The notes beneath the pieces were generated by a model. It was not told where the DNA came from, did not search any database, and worked only from the letters and a program-made list of their open reading frames with translations. Of a stretch of 64,000 nucleotides of DNA, positions 49,968 through 62,047 are shown piece by piece. The DNA lies in contig CM121343.1 in the NCBI GenBank assembly GCA_051530055.1, positions 6,542,389 through 6,606,388 of the forward strand, given 5' to 3'. This DNA comes from Neoechinorhynchus agilis (lineage: Eukaryota; Animalia; Acanthocephala). How positions within the stretch are numbered: the stretch's first letter is position 1; the number at the start of each line of letters is the position of its first letter. The translations under genes were made by a program, and so were the position numbers.

Positions 49968-50986
49968 TTATTCCATGTATTTCCTATGTGGATTGGTACC
50001 AAACAGTATAGCTCTTAATTGAGGAGCGGCCTATATTAAAAGGAGGTATTAATTTACCTGAAATACATAGTATAATTTTGGTGAAAATACTTCAATTTCA
50101 TTTATAAAGCAAATATTTTCACCAAAATTGTGCACTTTGATTAACCCGAAGGATTTTCTCTATCGATAAAATACATACTTTAGTGAGCGCAATTGAAGAC
50201 CGCGTCTCAAAAGTGCTGTCAACTTTTATCCGGTTCTTCAATGTGGACGCTATGAAGCCTCCAGCACTGAATTTGAACACTATTTTTCAAGCTGAAAAAA
50301 AGAAGGTTAAAACTAACCTGTCGTCCGAAAGGCAATTCGATTCGTCAATACGAGCTCGGCCTTCAACGAGATCTTTAATCATTGCAACATCTTTCTCTCG
50401 ACAAATTATCACGATTTCACCGTAATCAATCTTTTGATTTTTAACAACTGGCAACATCACTTTAGGTTGCCTAATCATTTGAAGGCATTCTTCAATACAA
50501 AATTTTAAGATCTTCTTGTATTCATCATGACTTGATTCCAAATTTTTCATGACTTCAAACACATCATCACGCAATGACTAAAAAAGTTGCCTATATGTTA
50601 AAGATTACGGGCTCAAATTATTTATACCGCCATAAAAGATTCCTTAGCTTTCAAAATGGATAATCTATCATCATTGGTTATTGCACAAATTGCTTTTATT
50701 TTCTCAAGCTCGATTAGCTTCTGCTTTTTCTTATAAATCTTTGACAATCTCTCTCGCTCCTTTTGAAGGATCTTTGTTTTTTCAACAATAAACTCCTCCT
50801 CGGCCTATTTTTCTTAAAAAAAATCGATTTAAAAAAAGACGAACTTTGGCTTCAATTTCTTCCACTTTCTCACTCGCTTCTTGATGGATAAACGCTATCA
50901 TCCGTTTTATCTAAATCAAAATTCTAAGAAAATCTTTTAAAACCAAAATCTACCTGCTCCTGAATGTAAACCTCACCAACCGGCAT
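49968..50986 (-). CDS. ATP6V1E: V-type proton ATPase subunit E, about 6-7 exons
   Basis: Spliced exons: MPVGEVYIQEQ|IKRMIAFIHQEASEKVEEIEAK|AEEEFIVEK...RLSILKAKE...|...IVIICREKD...|AGGF...NRIKVDSTFETR|...PQLRAILFGTNPHRKYME*, matching subunit E motifs (MAFIEQEANEKAEEI, GGV...IKVSNTLESR, LFGANANRKF). Confidence 0.92.
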
Positions 50987-51557
50987 TTCCCACACAAGAC
51001 CGCGAATCGAACGACAAAAATCTCCCTTTCCGATTGCATCACACCAACGCCCGTCATTCTTTCCGATAAGGAAGTCTAAATTTCCATGAGTACGTAACGT
51101 ACGTGAGTATTAACTCATGGATGTGTGTCTTCGGGTTTCGGTAAGTCTTCTGGTGGGGCATCAAGGATATTCTCTCCCTGTTCCAAGAGTCCATCTTCGG
51201 AAACGAAACTTGATTGCTCACCACCGACCACAAACACTCAATCGGATTAGACAAGTCTTCGGTACCGAAAATAGGAAATTCTATCGACTTATAAAGATTC
51301 TCTTACAACTCCCAGGGTCCGTATGAATCTTATGATCCGTCTTCGGCGAATTACAATGCTTAAATTACTTTGCTTTCATTTGTGAACATCCGAAATCAAT
51401 TCTCTTACAACTCCGAGGGTCCGTATGAATCTTATAAATTTTACATTAAGAAGTCATTGATCCGTCTTCGGCGAATTACTATAAATGCTTATTGATCCCT
51501 TAAAAATGGAGCATATTTTCTGGAGTACAACACCATTGAGCGTGGTATTAATAAAAT

Positions 51558-51691
51558 TGATTTTATTTTTAAAATCCGATTGGTTTCGGCACAATCTTGT
51601 GTATTTATCAATGTTTATTGTTTTTAAATAGGTGAGTAACTAGGCACAAGATTGTGCTTCCGAAACCAATCGGATTTTAAAAATAAAATCA
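51558..51691. mobile_element. MITE/foldback-like 134-bp inverted repeat
   Basis: tgattttatttttaaaatccgattggtttcgg-cacaatcttgtg and cacaagattgtg-cttccgaaaccaatcggattttaaaaataaaatca form arms of about 44 bp around a spacer of about 43 bp. Confidence 0.75.
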
Positions 51692-51896
51692 TTTTAATTT
51701 CTACGCGCCAGAAAACAACATTAATAAAATTGCGATGTTTGACTCGTAAAAACTAAATTAATAAACCAATATTATGATTTTTGATTGAAAAAAATAGAAA
51801 ATCTATTATGAGTTAATAAGTCATTTTCTAAAAATGAGCGTGGGACACAAGATCCAGTTAGGGTAAAATAATAGTTTTCGTTGAATTAATAACTTA

Positions 51897-53460
51897 ATGT
51901 CAAACTAAATATTTTCTATACGCGCGCGGGCCAAAATGCTGGCCGCATTGCCCCGTTGCACTGCAATGCTTATTTCTTGCGCCAAGAACGACGTCGATCT
52001 TGGCTCTCCAGCCGCCGCGTTGATTCGTTTCCCCAAGTCCTTCACGAGGGCCAGTTCCGACCCTCCCAAGGTACGTTTCCACACCGAAGGGGACAAAATG
52101 GTAATTTCGGATTAGCTCCCTGTATTTTGAGCATTCCCGATCCTCTGCAGCCGTCGCCGCTCCTCCTGGACCTTTTTTCGGGTGGTCGATGTTGGAGTTT
52201 GCCAACGTGTCCACACACGTTGCATCCCACAACAAACATTTTCCCTCCCGCCAAGGAAATACGGTCACGCCATCAGGGCGTCTTCCATCTAATCTACAAA
52301 GATTAGTGGGTTCTAGAATGTTTGGAAGGGAAAGCGTTTTTAGAATCCTACTCAGAATGGCATTGATTTCAGCATGCCTTGGAAATCGTCAAGAGGAGAG
52401 GAAGGCAGGTAAAGCGACGTCTGAAGTGGTGCGAACTCCCAAACCACCATAAGCCGTGGGAAAAGTAGCCTGTCACCAACCTGTGTCCGAAAATTTGACA
52501 TTCAATATATGTCCCAGCTGCTTACGAATTACCCCGTCGAGCTCTCCTAACAATTTGTCTTCTCCGAAACATGGAGCTGCTCTTAGCTTATGAAGCAATT
52601 TCGGCATACAGAGGCAATTCTTGATCAAGAAGAGACCTTCATGTGCCGAAAGCTCAGAAGTTCGGCTGCAGAGCAACTCCATTTTCGGGATCTGTGCGCG
52701 CAAGTCCTTCGCAACATTCTCAGCAAGAACGCAGCTCCCGAGGAGTGTGAGCTGGTCAAGGGTGATCAAACCTAGACCAGGAGCAACTGATTCAAAATCG
52801 CTAGAGATTTGAGAGCGCTCGTTTTCAGTTGCGTTCAGGATGAGAAGTTCGCATTTTTGGGGATTTATTTCTATTCCCAAGCGGTCCGCTTCATTCACGA
52901 TCCTTTGACTGTTGCCTAAAACAACACTTTGATCGCCACCGAGTGTGGCATCGTCCAAGTACCAAGCGTTGAAAGAAGAAAACATTGAATGGGCAAGATC
53001 ATTTACTGCGACGGAGAAGCCCATCGGGCCGAGTGGATCTCCCTGTTGTACACCACTCTGCAACCAAATCATTCTGTTATCGTACAGCAGTGGCGTATGA
53101 TTAGCATATGTTCTCCAGAAATAGGGGTAAGCCTCTGGGACGACTCCCTTTTTAAGGTATTGAAAGCATTTTTAAAATCTATTTTCAGAATTGCTGTTAA
53201 CTTTGTTCTTTGGGAGATAAATTTTCGCAGAGCATGCACGACCGCTTCAACTCCACAAGGAGTGCAGCAACCTAACTGACGGGGTCTTAAAAATTCTCCC
53301 ATTTTATCGGAGATTCTCCTGCATAAAACTTTCGCGGCTAACCTACGCAAAGTGCAGCCAATGGCGATGGGACAAATCCCACCATCTTTCTTGGACAAAG
53401 CACACAAAGAGGCGCCGAAGAAAAGACCAGGATTAGTAAACAACCGAGTCGAATGCTTTA
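51897..53460 (-). mobile_element. 5'-truncated, frameshifted CRE-like non-LTR retrotransposon (RT + RLE)
   Basis: RT: KKDGGICPIAIG, KIDFKNAFN, GVQQGDPLGP, AWYLDDATL. Thumb: HEGLFLIKNC, GGLGVR. RLE: DGRRPDGVT...LLWDATC...KY...PFGVET...IAVQRGNAAS. The CCHC region is deleted. Confidence 0.92.
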
Positions 53461-53599
53461 TTTGGGTCTAAGAGAACTATAAATTTATTTACATGTGGCA
53501 GAGAATGGGAGTTACGTTCAGAAATAAGCCCATGAAATACGAGGGATTAAATTTTTTCTTGAGGGAAACTAAATATTGATTTCGGCCCATGTCCGCGTT

Positions 53600-54420
53600 T
53601 TTGGTCTTTTTGCGATCCTCGGCGGGTGTTGCTGCTCCCCCACGGTGACACCATCCGGTCTACGACGGCTCGGCTCCAGGATTTGGACGCATTCACAGTA
53701 TCCAGGACACGACTAAGAGCTTTGCTTTCGTTTCGGCGTGTCGTGAGTACCTCTCGCCTGATTGCCGACAGATAGTTCCACGGTCGCTCCGCAACGTAAG
53801 CGATGGGATGTCGGTACTTAAAGTCTCAGGGATACTGACCCACAGAAGCAATTGGGAGAACGTTGACCCAAAGATACATGGGTCCTTTTTCTTTGTTAAT
53901 TATCAAATAAACATGTTATTATTCGGCCCCGATTCTCTTGTAGAGACTGCTACCAATCGAGTTCAGTTCATCAGGTCACGATAATCTGAAATTAAAAAGT
54001 TATGAATTTTCGCCTGATCGTTTGCAATTATTACCGGAATATTCACACCAAAGATTAAAAGCCTCCACGAAATCTTCATCTGAAATGCAATTCTCGCCAA
54101 GCTTGCTTCATACGATCCCAAATAGGCTGGAAGGAAAGCATCTTCTGCTTTGAGTTCAGTTCATCAGGTCACGATAATCTGAAATTAAAAAGTTATGAAT
54201 TCTCGTTCCTAGAAGTGAATTCCAAACTGATCGTTTGCAATCATTACCGGAACATTCACACCAAAGATTAAAAGCCTCCACGAAATCTTCATCCGAAATG
54301 CAATGCTCGCCAAGCTTGCTTCATACGATCCCAAATAGGCTGGAAGGAAAGCATCTTCTGCTTTTCGGATACACAAACCACCGGAGCACACTGGCAAGGA
54401 TGCTTGACGCCAGTGTGCTG
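53600..54420 (-). mobile_element. Additional scrambled CRE-like fragments (thumb duplicated, CCHC/RLE start)
   Basis: LPVCSGGLCIRKAEDAFLPAYLGS at 54209-54397, partly repeated at about 54060-54150; CRQSGERYSRHAET and RRPDGVTV at about 53640-53780. Confidence 0.7.
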
Positions 54421-54582
54421 ATAAACAATCGGAAATAGTGTTAAACCCACTGATGAATTTTTCTTTAACGATAATCCTATCTTTTAACAGTAAACCACTA
54501 AATTCAAAGAGAATAAATTGATGGTTTAAAAATTGTAAAGATGTTCATCATTTACTTTTTTATAAGGAATTATCATAATTGA

Positions 54583-54738
54583 TTTTTATTTGATAATTTT
54601 CGGCCTTCGAATAATCCTTCTTCAGCCTATTGATCACGAACTCGAATATTTAAAAATTTACAATCAATAGACTGATAAAATTTAAAAAAATAGACCGAAG
54701 AAAGCCTACGCGAAGGCCAAAAATTATCAAATAAAAAT
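54583..54738. mobile_element. MITE-like element, about 29-bp TIRs
   Basis: tttttatttgataattttcggccttcg (54583-54609) is the near reverse complement of cgaaggccaaaaattatcaaataaaaa (from 54711). Confidence 0.6.
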
Positions 54739-55435
54739 AAATCTATAATTCACTATCAAAAGAGTCTAAAGATTGTTGCGATTAAGATTACAATCAGGAA
54801 TAGGAATATGTTGAAAGAGTTTTTATAAATGACTTATCAAAGAAGAATTAAAAGCTCTTATTAAAACTATGGAAGGATGGAAATTTAAACAGAGAACAAC
54901 CGTGTTACCATTAAAAATTGGTTAGAGCAAAAATAAAAATTATATATGGATTCCATAGGCTTGAGATATGCAGGTTACACAAAAGATTGAATTACAAATT
55001 CTCGCCAAAATAAATTCCGGACAAAAGTTGCATTTTGTGCAAGTGAACATAAAACTTTGATCTAAAAATATGCTAAAAACAATGTCTCATTTACTGAAAT
55101 GCAGAGATGTCTAAAAATCATAATAAACCTTTTAAGATTTGGAGCAATTGATTTCCATGATTGAAAAAATTGCCGGAAAATCAAGTCGCGATTTCACACA
55201 TAGATTGACAATTATTTGAAACAATATTTGGAATTTATTGGACTTTTGATACCGATCTAATCTCAACTAACAATCAAATGCTTTCAAATAAAATCCCTAG
55301 GAAAGACGACACGAGTTGATCAATGTTTACCTCATTCGGCCGTGCTGACCACGTGTTGAAAAAGTTTGAAGTAAAAAATCTAATACTGCCGTCCAATAGA
55401 AATAGTAAAGAGCCTCTCACTTTTCATTGAGCGGT

Positions 55436-57680
55436 AAGGTAGTTTTATTGATTTATCCTCCAATATTAAGAGCACGATTTAAAAATTGCAGTTCATCGAA
55501 GAGTCCGAATGAGTTCTCGTGCGAGATAATCATGGTATTATTCCTTTTTTCTGCAACTGGACACGGACCTTTATTTTCATTAGAAAAAGAGAATCAATAG
55601 TTTTCTAATAGGAAATAAAAAGGTAGTTTTATCGATTTATCCTCCAATATTAACAACACGATTTAAAAATTGCAGTTCATCGAAGAGTCCGAATGAGTTC
55701 TCGTGCGAGATAATCATGGTATTATTCCTTTTTTCAGCTACTGGGCAAGGATCCTTATTTTCATAAGAAAAAGAGAATCAATAGTTTTCTAATAGGAAAT
55801 AAAAAGGTAGTTTTATTGATTTATCGTCCAATATTAACAACACGATTTAAAAATTGCAGTTCATCGAAGAGTCCGAATGAGTTTTCCTGCGAGATAATCA
55901 TGGTATTATTCCTTTTTTCAGCTACTGGGCAAGGATCCTTTTTTCATGAAAAAGAGAATCAATAGTTTTCTAATAGGAAATAAAAAGGTAGTTTTATTGA
56001 TTTATCGTCCAATATTAACAACACGATTTAAAAATTGCAGTTCATCGAAGAGTCCGAATGAGTTTTCCTGCGAGATAATCATGGTATTATTCCTTTTTTC
56101 AGCTACTGGGCAAGGATCCTTATTTTCATAAGAAAAAGAGAATCAATAGTTTTCTAATAGGAAATAAAAAGGTAGTTTTATTGATTTATCGTCCAATATT
56201 AAGAGCACGATTTAAAAATTGCAGTTCATCGAAGAGTCCCAATGAGTTTTCATGCGAGATAATCATGGTATTATTCCTTTTTTCAGCTACTGGGCAAGGA
56301 TCCTTATTTTCATAAGAAAAAGAGAATCAATAGTTTTCTAATAGGAAATAAAAAGGTAGTTTTATTGATTTATCGTCCAATATTAAGAGCACGATTTAAA
56401 AATTGCAGTTTATCGAAGAGTCCCAATGAGTTTTCATGCGAGATAATCATGGTATTATTCCTTTTTTCAGCTACTGGGCAAGGATCCTTATTTTCATAAC
56501 AAAAGAGAATCAATAGTTTTCTAATAGGAAATAAAAAGGTAGTTTTATTGATTTATCGTCCAATATTAACAACACGATTTAAAAATTGCAGTTCATCGAA
56601 GAGTCCGAATGAGTTTTCCTGCGAGATAATCATGGTATTATTCCTTTTTCAGCTACTGGGCAAGGATCCTTATTTTCATAAGAAAAAGAGAATCAATAGT
56701 TTTCTAATAGGAAATAAAAAGTTGGTTTTATTGATTTATCGTCCAATATTAACAACGATTTTTCATCGAAGAGTCCCAATGAGTTTTCATGCGAGATAAT
56801 CATGGTATTATTCCTTTTTTCAGCTACTGGGCAAGGATCCTTATTTTCATAAGAAAAGAGAATCAATAGTTTTCTAATAGGAAATAAAAAAATTGGTTTT
56901 ATTGATTTATCGTCCAATATTAAGAGCACGATTTAAAAATTGCAGTTTATCGAAGAGTCCCAATGAGTTTTCATGCGAGATAATCATGGTATTATTCCTT
57001 TTTTCAGCTACTGGGCAAGGATCCTTATTTTCATAACAAAAGAGAATCAATAGTTTTCTAATAGGAAATAAAAAGGTAGTTTTATTGATTTATCGTCCAA
57101 TATTAACAACACGATTTAAAAATTGCAGTTCATCGAAGAGTCCGAATGAGTTTTCCTGCGAGATAATCATGGTATTATTCCTTTAAAGCTACTGGGCAAG
57201 GATCCTCATTTTTATAAGAAAAAGAGAATCAATAGTTTTCTAATAGGAAATAAAAAGGTAGTTTTATTGATTTATCGTCCAATATTAACAACACATTAAA
57301 TCAGTTCATCGAAAGTCCAATGAGTTTTCCTGCGAGATAATCATGGTATTATTTTTAGCTACTGGGCAAGGATCCTATTTTATAAGAAAAAGAATCAATA
57401 GTTTTCTAATAGGAAAAAAATTGGTTTTATTGATTTATCGTCCAATATTAAGAGCACGATTTCAAAATAGCAGTTTATCGAAGAGTCCCAATGAGTTTTC
57501 ATGCGAGATAATCATGGTATTATTCCTTTTTTCAGCTACTGGGCAAGGATCCTTATTTTCATAACAAAAGAGAATCAATAGTTTTCTAATAGGAAATAAA
57601 AAAATTGGTTTTATTGATTTATCGTCCAATATTAAGAGCACGATTTCAAAATAGCAATTTTATCGAGGGTTCGGAATGAG
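55436..57680. repeat. Tandem array, about 184-bp unit, about 12 copies
   Basis: aaggtagttttattgatttatc... at 55436, 55620, 55804, 56169, 56353 and onward. Confidence 0.95.
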
Positions 57681-57849
57681 TTATCAGTTGATTAACACAA
57701 AGTTTCCCAATTCCACGAGATGGTTTTGTGTGGCCTTAGCACGTACCTGCACCGATTTTTCCACTGATTATCTGACGGAGGTGGATTTTCGGTGACGATG
57801 CGGCACAGGACGTGTCATTATCCAATCTATAAATAGGAGTGCACCTTCA

Positions 57850-59883
57850 ATGCACGTCGTTTTGGACATGTCTATGAATTTTCAAATGCAGAACGAATGG
57901 ATGAATTTATGGAATCAGATCAAAGTTGTGGACTCAAACGAAGAATCCCTCGATCAAAAAGTTGTTCCAAAGATGGTGATTGCTCGTTATCGATCGATGG
58001 CGACAGAGGCGATAAAGTCGAAAAAAGAGGAAAAAATAAGAGATTTGATGACTATTGCGGCGGATTCTGTTCCAATCGCAATTGAAAACAAGGTTGTCCG
58101 GCGCTCCATTTTAGATTTAACGAGAATGGGTAATATTGGAAGCCTAATGTTATTCTATCTGGAGATTTGCACGGTTGATTTGGGAAGAGCATTAGGGTCA
58201 GATGGCATTTGTGATTATCTTGATGCTTTGTTTCGAAGGATCCCAGAGTTCATGAGTCAATCGAAGGAATATTTCATGGAAGTCAATTTTCTCATCTTAT
58301 ATGTGAACCGCTTTTACAAGCACCTCCTCGAAAATTTTGATGAATATCAATTAAAAAAAGTAGCGACCAAACTCTTGTGCAATCTGTTGAATATTTTACT
58401 CGAGCATAGAGCTGTAGTCCAGGAACCATTGATTTTGCCAATCCAAGGAGCTATTCCCAGTAAGATATGCGTTGAGAATATGGTTGATGCCTTGCACCAG
58501 CAAATCGTTAGGGTTAATTGTAACGTTGGCTGTTCAGATCCCATTATATCACCGATGATGACGCTGGTACTGGATGGAGCGACGAAGTTCAATAGAATGG
58601 ATATAGTGTCCAGTATGGTTGTCAAAACGTTCAAAGCAATTCGTACTGAAGCCGTTTTCGATGAGTTGATATTCGATAGGTGAACGCGATTTCGTGGTTT
58701 TTGCATATGAAGGCCCAAAGTAGTTTGCCGAAATTATACTCTTGAAATATTAACGAAAGTGGATTAATTAGCGAAGACGATGTATTTTTGGTCCAGTCGG
58801 TGGCCAATTTAATTTGCAATCTTTGATTTTGTAAGAAAGTTCATATTATTTTAACTTTAAAGACCTCGAAATTCCTCAAATATTTCATCGATAGTTCCAC
58901 TGATTAGACTACTTTGAAATATTAAGACATATTATAAAACTTCATTATTACTAGTGGGGCTCAAAAAGTAAACTTAGTTACGACGTTAACTTTCTCAGAT
59001 TCGATGATTATCCAATAGGTAGATATTTTTCAATATTGTATGCGAAATCGTTCGTTCTGCTAAAGTCGCCACTCCTTATATCCTGCAACTGATTAGATCA
59101 AGTGAAGATAGTCGGAGTTATCTGACAAAGCAACTGGGTACAAGATTTATGAACAAAAAGGATATTGATTTCTCTAGTGTATTACTGGAAAGGTGTGCCA
59201 AATCAATTGCAAGTAATGAAGAGCTTTGCAACTTGGTTGAATTTTTAATGAATCTGAATGTGGCACATACGTGTTTCCGATCCAATAAGCCAAAAACACT
59301 GATTGCGATCGTTGATTGTTTCAACAGGCTCGGACATAGTAGTAAAGATGTGTATGAAATTCTCTTGGTAACATTTGGCTGTGAAAATAACCCAAAATGT
59401 CTTTTGAAATGCATCGTTCAATGGAACCGATATAGCATAAATCAAACCAAACTCATGAGCGTCACGCCTTTTGGAATGGCTCTGCTCGAAAAACTAGTGG
59501 ATTCGCCGGATTTGAAAACGTTTGCCTCGACCAGCATTTCAGTACTTGATTCCAGCGAGCTTTATGTGCTTATTTCGGATTCATTGGGATGTGCCATTAT
59601 ACAAAAGATTGTAAACCCAGACTATAATGTGGATAATCCAAACATCGCAAAAGCCGTAGTTGAAAGATTAATGTGTAATCCGAAGCGCTTCTTCGAGAGT
59701 AAACATGCAATTATCCTGGTAAGTGAGGTATGGAATACAACGAGGCCTCAGATACAAGATTGTCTCCAAACTTTGGTATCGAATGGAGCCCTAATGCGGA
59801 AAGTTGGCCGAAAACCAATAGTTAGGGAATTTTTAAACAAGATAAAACTTGAGAAAAAGAATGTTGCGACTTTGGATTCTTAA
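57850..59883 (+). CDS. NOP9: Divergent PUF/pumilio-repeat nucleolar protein, NOP9-like; middle exons unresolved
   Basis: ORFs 57850-58683 and 59149-59883 (the latter open upstream to about 59023). C-terminal LISDSLGCAIIQKIV and SKHAIILVSEVW align with NOP9 LACSPAGSHVLDAIL and SRHGSRVLDAIW. The region 58684-59020 has stops in all frames (introns or errors). Confidence 0.5.
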
Positions 59884-60051
59884 GAAAGTGAACGAAGAGG
59901 ATAGAAGACTACCAATGAAGAAAGCCACCACAAAAGTCAAAGAAAAGAGCTGCTCGAAATCCAAATCGATCCTCGATTTAGAACCGCGAAAAGAGTCCAG
60001 TAACAAAACGCCAATTCAGCGATTACATTGCTGGAGAACCAATCACATGCG

Positions 60052-60800
60052 ATGCCCTTCTATGAACCCAAAAAGAACCAATTCCAGTTTAATCAGTTCA
60101 ATTTGCCGGTTCTATACAAAAAGTTTTCTCCATCGACCCTAATAGTAAGTAGAGTTTCCGCGTTCGGTTCTAGTTTCCAAAATGGAGTGTGGCTACTTTG
60201 AACATTGCCTCTATTGATGACCAAAGAATCCGTCGGCGTTCAGCTCAGCACAAACTTGGAACCTATGAGGCCATTTGTTCAAGCATCGAGGAGGCATTAG
60301 AGGAAAGCAGAAAGCATGAAAAGAGTATCTTTGAAAAGAACGACATCAAAAAGCGCCTGAGCTCAGCAACCAAGAATACTCTGCGGAAACGAAAACGGAA
60401 TCTTATAGCAACTAAGGAAAGCGACAAGATTGAAACAGCTAAAAGTAAATATTTCCACTGATTTTCCTCTTTCTTTATTGAGTTTTTCAGGTCGGTTTAC
60501 CGTCGTTAGCAAAGCTCCAGTCTTCACTGAGGAAATGACATCGGCTGCAGTATATGAGAAATCCGACCTACAACTGAGATGTTCTGTGAAAGGAAGGAAT
60601 CTTGGATTTCATTGGCATCGAAACAGATCGGTTTGTAGCTTGGGTGTTTAGGCGTAAATTAGATTAACACTTAATCTTGTTAAAAGAAACTCCAATTCGG
60701 CAACAGGATAAATTTCGATTATTCGGATGAGATGAGAGTTTCAACGCTGGTCACTATAACTGAGTTCTTGTTCAGTCGTCATTGATGAATCCGAGGAATT
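60052..60800 (+). CDS. Unknown protein with a partial Ig I-set domain
   Basis: Phase-consistent short introns (about 60145-60173, 60445-60490, 60629-60686) join ORF 60189-60461 to APVFTEEMTSAAVYEKSDLQLRCSVKGRNLGFHWHRN|KLQFGNRINFDYSDEMRVSTL. No F-strand DxGxYxC found. Confidence 0.55.
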
Positions 60801-61082
60801 GGGATATCCCAAGTCACTTGAATGTAGTCTTGTCAAGTAAAATCTTTTTTCGAGCTTTCGTAGTCCAAGGGCTTCCCCAGGAATCTACAAAAGTGCGTGG
60901 AGAATGAAGTGAGTGCTAAAGTAGCGACATCGAAGCGTAAAGTTCGTCCCGAATGTTGAGCAGTTTTGGGGCTTTGTCGAGCTGAGAACTCGTTACTCTT
61001 GACACTTCAACCACTCAAAAGTCGCCATGTAGTTTTTGAGAATATGAAAGATCGGTTGATTCAAAGACATGTTCTTTGGCTG

Positions 61083-62047
61083 TTTTGAACATAATTCGAG
61101 TCTTACAAGTTTCCTCAAGTCCTTCTCGAACCTGCAAAAGTGAAATCTAACGAGTTTAATTAAAATCGATTGCAATAAGCAATCAATTGGGAACAAATCA
61201 AGGGAAAGGTTAGATATTTTATAAGACTCGGAACTAAAAAAATGCAAATCAATCACTACAGTAACAATATTTTTGGTTTTTTGAACATAATTCGAGTCTT
61301 ACAAGTTTCCTCAAGTCCTTCTCGAACCTGCAAAAGTGAAATCTAACGAGTTTAATTAAAATCGATTGCAATAAACAATCAATTGGGAACAAATCAAGGG
61401 AAAGGTTAGATATTTTATAAGACTCGGAACTAAAAAAGGCAAATCAATCACTACAGTAACAATATTTTTGGTTTTTTGAACATAATTCGAGTCTTACAAG
61501 TTTCCTCAGGTCCTTCTCGAACCTGCAAAAGTGAAATCTAACGAGTTTAATTAAAATCGATTGCAATAAACAATCAATTGGGAACAAATCAAGGGAAAGG
61601 TTAGATATTTTATAAGACTCGGAACTAAAAAAGGCAAATCAATCACTACAGTAACAATATTTTTGGTTTTTTGAACATAATTCGAGTCTTACAAGTTTCC
61701 TCAGGTCCTTCTCGAACCTGCAAAAGTGAAATCTAACGAGTTTAATTAAAATCGATTGCAATAAACAATCAATTGGGAACAAATCAAGGGAAAGGTTAGA
61801 TATTTTATAAGACTCGGAACTAAAAAAGGCAAATCAATCACTACAGTAACAATATTTTTGGTTTTTTGAACATAATTCGAGTCTTACAAGTTTCCTCAGG
61901 TCCTTCTCGAACCTGCAAAAGTGAAATCTAACGAGTTTAATTAAAATCGATTGCAATAAACAATCAATTGGGAACAAATCAAGGGAAAGGTTAGATATTT
62001 TATAAGACTCGGAACTAAAAAAGGCAAATCATTCACTACAGTAACAA
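61083..62047. repeat. Tandem array, 195-bp unit, about 5 copies, containing a minus-strand 3' splice site plus exon start
   Basis: ttttgaacataattcgag at 61083, 61279, 61474, 61669 and 61864; the minus strand reads tttcacttttgcag|gttcgagaagg in every unit. Confidence 0.95.

Noticed and set aside
33500-60780. Recurrent in-frame TGA codons (GT31-like, NOP9-like middle, NAGHYN* in the Ig region) suggesting TGA recoding or selenocysteine
   Set aside because: TGA is a normal stop in the NCS-like and Tondu-like genes, and conserved Trp and Cys use standard codons in Vav. The Ig-region case is in the wrong frame once splice phase is applied, and no SECIS was seen.
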